Of a stretch of 64,000 nt of DNA, positions 58,001 through 64,000 are shown piece after piece (positions within the stretch are counted from its first letter, which is position 1; the number at the start of each line of letters is the position of its first letter). The position numbers and the translations under genes are program-made. Below the pieces are notes generated by a model. It did not search any database. It saw only the letters and a program-made list of their open reading frames with translations, and was not told the origin of the DNA. Origin of the DNA: Bacillota bacterium (GTDB lineage: Bacteria > Bacillota > Limnochordia > Limnochordales > ZCTH02-B6); contig JACDOI010000007.1 in assembly GCA_017656145.1 (NCBI GenBank), forward strand, positions 11,047 through 75,046, read 5' to 3'.

Positions 58001-58137
58001 GATCCGTGCTCGCCGACACCTTGGGTGTTCGTCCGTCAGAGCTCGAAGTGCTCGTGGAAGCGGCCGTCTTCGGCATCTTGGAAAAGACCCTCGACTGGCA
58101 TCTGCGAATTCTCAAGCTGGAGGAATCGCCGTCATGA
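55060..58137 (+). CDS. cas10: Cas10/Cmr2-like large subunit with degenerate HD and cyclase motifs
   Basis: GTG 55060 (GTGA overlap) gives 1025 aa. LLLACETIGWLHQTGK in place of LLHDIGK; ADTRLPNNDVTLWDQS (Cmr2 DTRxP motif); CPVC-x19-CRVC zinc finger; PLRFGVVAFSRMTPFQAVIEAARNLEDA (post-GGDD strand-helix). No GGDD. Confidence 0.8.
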   Translation: MNATGKDLAEKLKSSRALLLACETIGWLHQTGKAHPDFLLSQGRAGVKYTPEDWHKQLVPGWSDRLRWVKERTGKNDIEWPASLEDFLYKYNKAGSEDLVGCLQAGHAMASGIEKSNFSDKASEYLKQDATHMWLTSAYGRPMRNLLADPPEVLRSGGWETLLQRIGALLDRLEKLGTERQGDVYEWWKWREDAIGQGGWLRRAFEATVADTRLPNNDVTLWDQSYVAGALFKSAVAGLVLLGKPPNGAWEKLKTKTRWRVLTVGFGTEHYQERAVRIVDWTGAAQQIEAFFEDVRRLIEVELAVGSLVYRDDQVLAFTFPGLRSDDQDPGQKSLGTHAAEELLEWIKNHVDELAQQRLLETPPWCSLSESTRSFIPMANQVAEARKKLTVPLHRPWTISEKDDKEDNKRKRGDVCPVCQVRFNGGAGGKETSPKQRPCRVCGERREKRLKAWLTEGKDTIWISELADDNDRVALLTFRFDLGPWLDGSRTDSLRTQCIAAWRRHNPSVNNNKDNPIDLDDPTESLMQHVRSVVHNPRKVTSVKRAGNLDDAIMASLNQGFSYDQDLSDFYHRMVEDRADAPPRWDAVKHDPGRAAHWLVHQIFRKNPSPGRVYRFWRTAEAFFDELLPVFREAAAAHQNRWRTRRLLLVPDKASQGGWQDHETYATRWNDAPLELLYCAESESFLTICNLARILRPEEQPRERLKGLRLELESDKGDRSTLTIGKVSVPSNLGSYSPLIVLDRRPERFRVLVPLQAAPACIDAALKKWRDEFAPVWDRMPLRFGVVAFSRMTPFQAVIEAARNLEDALSGPAEETWSVMDCQVRNGIAALLLMRRDGTREIVTVPTVLPDGRVDEHYPYVAVTNPRHLRKRDFTVPPSDKRAKQTYRHVLDLTPGDEILVAPSRFATMFLASTADRFHPVDVRYVSEWDRMREIWHLLCRTAPSVTSLHTLWSALADVRARWEDLKPRPSDPPPWASLVRSVLADTLGVRPSELEVLVEAAVFGILEKTLDWHLRILKLEESPS

Positions 58138-59144
58138 CCATTAGCCGAGTACAGAAGAGCTTCGTGTGTTACCGCCACCTCGGAATCGCTGTAGACCCCA
58201 TTCACGTCGGAACAGGCGGAACGCGCCTTGGGCGTGTGGACAACACGATCGTACGGGATCCTGCCACCAAGATTCCGAAGATCCCGGGTTCGAGCCTCGC
58301 AGGCGCGCTCCGAGCCTACGTCGCGATGGCCCAAGAGAATACACGCGATCCAAGTCAGCGAGAGAAGCCCTACTACCCGGATTGCGCGGGCCAAGGGCAG
58401 CCGCGCTCGGGTGGTTCGGATGGGCACTGCGGACAGCGTAACTGCCCGGTGTGCACCGTCTTTGGGTTCGCCCGCAGCAGTGGTGGCTCAAGCGGTTTCG
58501 CGGGTCTTGCGGCCTTCAGCGACATGCACCTTCTCCTCTTCCCTGTTCCGACGCGCGAGGGCCCGATGTGGATCACCTCGCCGAGTGCGCTCCAGCTCGC
58601 CGGAGCGGACGAAAGAATCGAAGAGGTCATCAAAGACGAGCACCGGGTCTACCGCCCAAAGGGCGGGGCAGGCTGCGTGAACCTGGGTTGGCTGATGCTT
58701 GAAGTTGAAGCGCTCGAAGTCGAGCTCGACGGCGCGTTGGACGGCGTTCCAGAGAACATTCGCAAACGCGTGGCGCTGGTCTCGGACAAGCTGTTCAGCC
58801 ACATCGTCAACAGCAACCTGGAGACCCGCACATCCGTCGCCATCGATGCCTCAACCGGCGCCGCACAGGACGGCGCCCTCTTCACCTACGAGGCCTTGCC
58901 GAGAGGCTCGGTGCTCCAGTGGGAGGTCACTTGCCGCTTCCCGGGGCATTTCAGCATCGACAACCAACCCCTTCAGGCAGTCCAGACGCCCGACGATGTC
59001 CACAACGTCGTAAAGAAAGGCTACCCCTACCTCGAAGCTCTCGGCATCGGCGGCATGACCACGCGAGGGATGGGCCGGCTGAGAGTGCTCGGTAATTCAG
59101 GCAGCGACGCCTACGCAGACGGGGCCCAGGGGGGTGAGGCATGA
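58134..59144 (+). CDS. cmr4: Type III backbone RAMP, Cmr4-like (Cas7)
   Basis: DPIHVGTGGTRLGRVDNTIVRDPATKIPKIPGSSLAGALRAY, CPVCTVFGF, C-terminal LGIGGMTTRGMGRL. ATGA overlap with cas10. Confidence 0.85.
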   Translation: MTISRVQKSFVCYRHLGIAVDPIHVGTGGTRLGRVDNTIVRDPATKIPKIPGSSLAGALRAYVAMAQENTRDPSQREKPYYPDCAGQGQPRSGGSDGHCGQRNCPVCTVFGFARSSGGSSGFAGLAAFSDMHLLLFPVPTREGPMWITSPSALQLAGADERIEEVIKDEHRVYRPKGGAGCVNLGWLMLEVEALEVELDGALDGVPENIRKRVALVSDKLFSHIVNSNLETRTSVAIDASTGAAQDGALFTYEALPRGSVLQWEVTCRFPGHFSIDNQPLQAVQTPDDVHNVVKKGYPYLEALGIGGMTTRGMGRLRVLGNSGSDAYADGAQGGEA

Positions 59145-59503
59145 TGCAAAACCTTGACATTCAATGCGCAACGTTGGCGGAAGAGTTGGGCCAGGGTGCG
59201 GACAAAGCACGCAAAAGCCTGTTGACGGATGGCCTCGGCGTTCTCCAAGACCAGGGGCTTTACGCCTTCTTCCTATTTCTGAAGGCAAGCACGAGGGGCA
59301 ACCCCCGAGCGGTAAGCGACGCTTGCGCGTCCTTTCTGAGGAAACACGGACTCTTGCCTGACTCGCAGGACGTGTTCGACGGATTGAAGACCCTTTGCAG
59401 CCAAATGGACGATCTCCTTTTCGCCCGTGAACTCCTGTTGCACGCGCTAGCCTACGCCCGTTACCATGCCCAGGTCAGTCAAGAAGGGGAGGCTCACCGG
59501 TGA
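59141..59503 (+). CDS. cmr5: Small subunit, Cmr5/Cas11-like
   Basis: 120 aa, predicted all-helical. Sits between cmr4 and cmr3 with 4-nt overlaps on both sides. Assigned by size and position only. Confidence 0.55.
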   Translation: MMQNLDIQCATLAEELGQGADKARKSLLTDGLGVLQDQGLYAFFLFLKASTRGNPRAVSDACASFLRKHGLLPDSQDVFDGLKTLCSQMDDLLFARELLLHALAYARYHAQVSQEGEAHR

Positions 59504-60429
59504 GCTGGCAACTATTTCGATGGGCGTGGCGACTTGAAGCCCCCGTGTTCGTGGGCGCACCGCCTGCGGGCTCTCTCAACCGCTGCCGTCTTTACATCCC
59601 GGCGAGGGCGGTTTGGGGCGCGCTCACCGCGGAGCGGGCACGGCTTGACCTCGGCATGAGCAACCGAGGCCTTGCCGCGTACCAAGACGTTGGAGAGGAG
59701 CTACGGCGCCACTTTCGCTTCACCTATCTCTACCCTGCCGAGCGCGTGGGCGAAGCGTGGCGGGCATGGCTGCCGACCTATGAGCCCCGACTCGGCCTTT
59801 GTTGGCAGCGCGAGGACCGATCCGCGGACGCGCCGGTTCCAGATCGCGTGTTCCGCTGTCGCCTGCTCCACACAAGGCCCGCAACCGCGATCGATCCCAA
59901 AAGCGATTCTGCCGCGTCGGGCTCATTGCGAGAGACCGAGTGTCTTGAGACGCGCTGGCGCGATGAACGAGGAGAGGACGCCGGGCCGGTGGCATTGGTC
60001 GGATACGTGTTTGCGAAGGAGTCGGCGGGAACGCCTTCACCCGGAATCGACCGTTTAACGCCGATTCGAAGGCTTTTCCTCGGCGGTGACACCCGCTACG
60101 GCTTAGGGCGCGTCAGCCGAAAAGCGCCAGACAGCGTGAATCCTGTGGACCGCGTCTTCGGGTGCCGCGTGGAGTTGGATGGAGAGGAGCCCGTAGTGCA
60201 TTCGAAGATCGCGCTCGCGCATGCGCTGGCAGAAGCCCAGATGTCCGGAGCGCTTGAGGTTGTAAGCGGTTGGGACTTTGGCCAGCAAACGACGTTGGAC
60301 AAGAAAGGGGCACCACTGTGGAGACCAGGATCACATGTCCGGGCATTCAACGGAAAGGGGCGGTTTCGAATCGATCCATGCGGGATTTGGCACCTTGAGG
60401 CTCCCGATCATTCCGCCGAGGCGCGCTAG
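59500..60429 (+). CDS. cmr3: Cas5-group RAMP, Cmr3-like
   Basis: GTG 59500 (GTGA overlap). RLEAPVFVGAPPAGSLNRCRLYIPARAVWGALTAE and LFLGGDTRYGLGRV G-rich loop. Confidence 0.65.
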   Translation: MSWQLFRWAWRLEAPVFVGAPPAGSLNRCRLYIPARAVWGALTAERARLDLGMSNRGLAAYQDVGEELRRHFRFTYLYPAERVGEAWRAWLPTYEPRLGLCWQREDRSADAPVPDRVFRCRLLHTRPATAIDPKSDSAASGSLRETECLETRWRDERGEDAGPVALVGYVFAKESAGTPSPGIDRLTPIRRLFLGGDTRYGLGRVSRKAPDSVNPVDRVFGCRVELDGEEPVVHSKIALAHALAEAQMSGALEVVSGWDFGQQTTLDKKGAPLWRPGSHVRAFNGKGRFRIDPCGIWHLEAPDHSAEAR

Positions 60430-60496
60430 GGAGTGCTGACCCAATGATCAGGTAGCGTCTTCGTTACCTCTGCAGATGGCGTGCGTGATCTCGGCA

Positions 60497-61052
60497 TCAC
60501 TGGATAAGTTGCCCCGAGGGGAAATACGCCCATTCACCTGCAAAGCTGCCGAGGTCGCGGGAGCTCCTGCCGCATCCCAGGGTCCCGACAAACGGTGTAT
60601 ACTGTGCTGTAAACCGTAATGGGCGAAAGCGTGCGCACGACCGCGACCGGCTCATAAGGGGTGTCCGCTCAACTTCTACGGCCTCCAGCCGGAACTGCGC
60701 TGGCCCGAAGCGGATGAGGGGGCCTGTGGACCACGCTGGCCGCAAACAAATCCACGAAGGATACCAAAGGGGACGTCACAACCAGCCCGGTAAACCGGAT
60801 CAGGTTCCTCCTCACCTCGCCTCGGGCCAGGAGCCGGGAGAAAGTGAACATCCACAGCGAACGCTTGCCATCCAGGATGCCGCGAGCGTGTACCCATCCG
60901 GCCAGGTCGCCGTTGAGGTGGCGGTAGATAAACCCTTGGATTAGGCTGTTGTATTGCACGGGTAATACCGCTTCTTCGGCTGCTGGCCGAAGGCGAAGCC
61001 GTAGTCGTACTGGATCCTCCGTTACGTCCTGGTACCGGAACTTGCCCAGCAT
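60497..61052 (-). pseudogene. cas6: cas6 remnant (multiple frame changes, 3'-truncated)
   Basis: Frame 1 (61052-60669): VRLRLRLRPAAEEAVLPVQYNSLIQGFIYRHL...WMFTFSRLL, a Cas6 N-terminus. Frame 2 continues GPLIRFGPAQFRLEAVEVE. Frame 3 (60668-60534) holds VAVVRTLSPITVYST. There is no room for a C-terminal G-rich loop before the cmr3 stop. Confidence 0.65.
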
Positions 61053-61118
61053 CCGATGATGCTGCCGATTGAAACCATTATTATCTCAACGGCGAAAACG
61101 CCCATGGGCTTTCCCTTG

Positions 61119-62533
61119 TTATACCGCATGGATCCCATCTCGGTCTTGAGCTTCCGGCTCCTCGGCGTCGGCGAACGAGCCTGTGAGGTCTACCACACCG
61201 CACCCCTTCGGATCCCAGCGCACCTTCGTGCCGTAAGGCTTGGAAAGCTCCGCGAGATGCCTGATGATGGCCTCAGCCCTCTCCGGACCGGCGAGCGACG
61301 GCCTGCCCCGGGCGGGACGAGACAATTGAAACCCGAGCTCGACAGGATACAGTTCGATCTTTGTCAAATGCCCGTCATCCCATGTGCACAGCGCCACGAC
61401 AGATTCCCAATACCGGCGCTCTGACGGAAACCCGCGGGTGTCATTCTTGCTGCGGGCATCGAAGAGATCGGCGACGGTCGCTTCCGGGCCCAAACCGAGG
61501 CGTTCGTAGAAGTCCGCGGGTTGATGACGAACGGTTTCATTTTGGAAGATGAAGTTGCCGAGACTGTAGAAGATGGGGGCTCCCTTGTAAATCTCTATAC
61601 CCCGCAGCACATGAGGTCCGTGGCCGATTACCGCATGGGCGCCTTCATCGATACACGCCCTTGCCACGGTCTCGATGAATTCAGCCGCTCGTTCCAGATC
61701 GGAACCCTTTGCCTCATGGGCATGAATGCTGACAAACACCCAATCCGCCTGCCGACGCGCCTCTCGGATGGCTCGGAGATTTCCCTCCAGGTCGCCCGCA
61801 TGGGGTGTCGTCACCACCTTGGGCGTCTCGCCTACCACGAAGCGCCGGCCTAGAAACGTTATCGTTCCTTCGGGGTCCGGCTTTCGGAATCCCAGACGGA
61901 TCCTGAGCCGATGTTCCGCGCCCAGATCGAGCTCCTCGTCGAGCTTTTGCAGGAACTGAAACTGATCCGGTGTCACCTGGATAGTGGTCTCGTATCGCTG
62001 GGGGTTCAGACCCGGTCTACCCTGAAGGTCGGGACGGCTGTTTCCCGCCCGGTTGAATTCATTGAACGTGGAGCACATCGCTACCAACCCGACGCGGCCA
62101 GCATCAAGTTCCAGGTATGCCGGACGGCGGGCCTCCGCCAGATTGCGGCCGACCCCGGCATGAACGGCCCGGCCTCCTCCAGCGTCTTCATGGTGGCGAA
62201 CAGCCCGCCCTCGCCCCAGTCGAGGGTGTGGTTGTTAGCCCAAGCGTAAAGGTTAAAGGACATCCACTGAAGTTCTCGGAAAATCGAGGGATGGGCGCAC
62301 ACCCACGTGCCGCCGCTCTCCGCCTGAGGGTATCCTTCGAACTTGTGAAAGAGCATCTCCATGTTGGTAAACCGCACGTCCGCGCCCAAAAGAATCTCCC
62401 TAAGGCGCAGAAACGCCGGTTCGGTAAAGCAAGACAGCCGCTGCGTGATCAGGCTGTCCCCTGTCGCCGCCAAAACCAGCCTTCCCCGCCGCGGATGGAC
62501 CATAGGCGTAAACCTCCCGGTGCTGCTACCCAT
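61119..62533 (-). pseudogene. CapA-family (PGA_cap metallophosphatase-like) gene with a frameshift
   Basis: Upstream ORF: [10 protein letters not shown]...NLYAWANNHTLDWGEGGLFATMKTLEEAGP. A frame change at about 62166 restores VHAGVGRNLAEARRPAYLELDAGRVGLVA and joins the downstream ORF (HAVIGHGPHVLRGIEIYKGAPIFYSLGNFIFQ). Confidence 0.65.
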
Positions 62534-62648
62534 CGCTTTCTGCCAACCACATCTCCGTACTCAGCAGGGACAAAAGGGCCTACCAGGCCAGCAATGTGGG
62601 CCATGTCGACGAACAACACGGCGCCTACCTCGTCACAGATGGCCCGCC

Positions 62649-64000
62649 TCCTTTGCAGGCATCCACGCCAGCCGCCTCGGACAACGCGGGCTGGATGCCG
62701 TCATGGAGAGCATCCGTGCGTGTTACGCCTCCCTGTGGACCCCCCGGGCCGTCGCGTATCGCCGCCGCTTCAACCTGCGGGACGACGAAGTGTTGTGCGC
62801 TGTCGTTCTGTGTCGCATGGTAGGCGCCTGCGACGACCCCACCCGGCAACCCCAGGCGGCGGGCGTCGCGTTCTCTTGCGATCCCCGGACCGGGCGAGCC
62901 GACGTCGTCACCATCGGCGGCGTGCGGGGTCTGGGCCAAGCCGTGGTCGACGGCAGCGGCAACCCCGAGGAGATCGTCGTCCAAGTCGGCTGGGATTTCC
63001 AGGTGCTGGAGCGGCGCGAGGGAACCGATCGGGTGCTCACCGACGAGCAAGCCATTCGCCTCGCCCACCTGGTACAGCGGGTGCATTGGGCGCTCGGCGA
63101 CGGGCAAGACCCGCAAGATGTGGAATGGGCGTTCGACGGATCGTCCTTTTGGCTCCTTCAAGCGCGTCCGGTAACCCGCGTGCCCCGCTACACCTTTCCG
63201 GGGGCCGGGCAACTTCCCACCGTCTGGTCCAACGGAAACCTCAAAGACGCCCTGCCCGGCGTCCTCTCTCCCCTCGGGTGGAGCATCTCCGCGTGGATGA
63301 TCCGGCACAACCTCTTCGCGCCCCACCGGGCCGCGGGGTACGCTGTCCCTTCGGGTCTAGAGGCGGTCCGCCGCTTCGCCGGCCGGGCGTATTTCGACCT
63401 CACTTCCCTTCTTTGGGCGTTCTACGACGGCCTGGCCATGACGGCCGGCGAGTTTAACCGGAGCCTGGGCGGCCATCAGCCGGAGCTTCCCGTTCCCGAG
63501 CCCGATCCTCTCAAAGGCCCGCACGCCCGCCGCCGCACCCGCGCCCGCCTCAAGCTTTTGCGGGCCGTCTTGCGCGCGGACAAGCGCCTCCCCGCCGAGG
63601 TCCAAGCCCGCCTTGACGCCGTGAAGCGCCACCGCGGCGTCGATTTCGCGGCCGAGTCGCTGGAACAGTTGCGGCAGAGACTGCAAGACCAGATGGAGCA
63701 AGCGTACCAATTTGGACCCCTCAGCATGCTGGCCAACAGCTCAGCGGGCCTTTGGCATGATCTCCTGGAAAAAGTGCTGCTCAAGGTCGCTCCCGGGCAA
63801 GCCGCCGCCCTCGCCTCGCAACTGGTGGCGGGAGCGGGAAACGTCGTCAGCGCGGAGCACGGCTACCGCCTTTTCAACCTGGCGGCCAAAGCGGCCGGCG
63901 ATGCCGAAGCCCGGACGCTGCTCGCATCGGAACCCTTGGATGCGTCCGCGTGGCGGCGGCTTTCCGCCGATTCAGCGTTCCGCCGGGAACTGGAGCAATT
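62649..64000 (+). CDS. PEP/pyruvate-binding (PPDK_N / rifampin-phosphotransferase-like) protein, 3' end outside window, N-terminal ATP-grasp part apparently missing
   Basis: Frame 3 is open to the window end and absent from the ORF track. SFAGIH...[90 protein letters not shown]. Only about 45 codons are available upstream before the divergent capA-like gene. Confidence 0.6.

Noticed and set aside
53109-60429. Classifying the effector operon as III-B (Cmr) or III-D
   Set aside because: The subunit families look Cmr-like, but the gene order is not the III-B order. There is also no multi-Csm3/Csx10/Csx19 pattern as in III-D. The III-C order fits best, pending profile-based typing.

Overview
This is a high-GC bacterial chromosome segment (roughly two-thirds G+C by eye; nothing here was computed). 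CotF spore-coat genes, a YpdA-type bacillithiol-system reductase, and Lnt, LolA-like and OMP-like envelope genes suggest a spore-forming Bacillota-like organism with some diderm-type features. No species call is possible from the sequence alone. From 1 to about 47 kb the window is ordinary, tightly packed core genome. It holds an MMPL exporter cluster, a LIV-type ABC transporter, sfsA, a DsbA-like gene, two cotF-like genes and TetR plus ArsR-ArsM. It also holds a complete L-rhamnose cluster (rhaB, rhaI, rhaEW, DeoR regulator, rhaM, rhaSQPT) back to back with lutABC, a TAXI-TRAP transporter and lnt. From about 47.0 to 62.7 kb lies a visibly lower-GC accessory island. The island carries two CRISPR arrays (3 and 7 copies of one 30-bp repeat), each followed by a diverged copy of the same ~185-bp flank with a conserved GC hairpin. 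It also carries a six-gene, translationally coupled type III effector operon in subtype III-C order (cmr1-cmr6-cas10-cmr4-cmr5-cmr3). By hand alignment the Cas10 has lost both the HD aspartate (LHQTGK) and the GGDD cyclase motif, while the Cmr4 backbone keeps its catalytic Asp. No cas1/cas2 and no CARF-type effector is recognisable, and cas6 is broken by several frame changes. Other island genes are also disrupted: an Mrr-like gene with an in-frame TGA, a ypdA remnant, a frameshifted capA-like gene, an N-terminally truncated PEP-utilising-family gene and an IS-type HTH stub. All calls rest on reading the ORF translations and sequence by eye. No database search was run.
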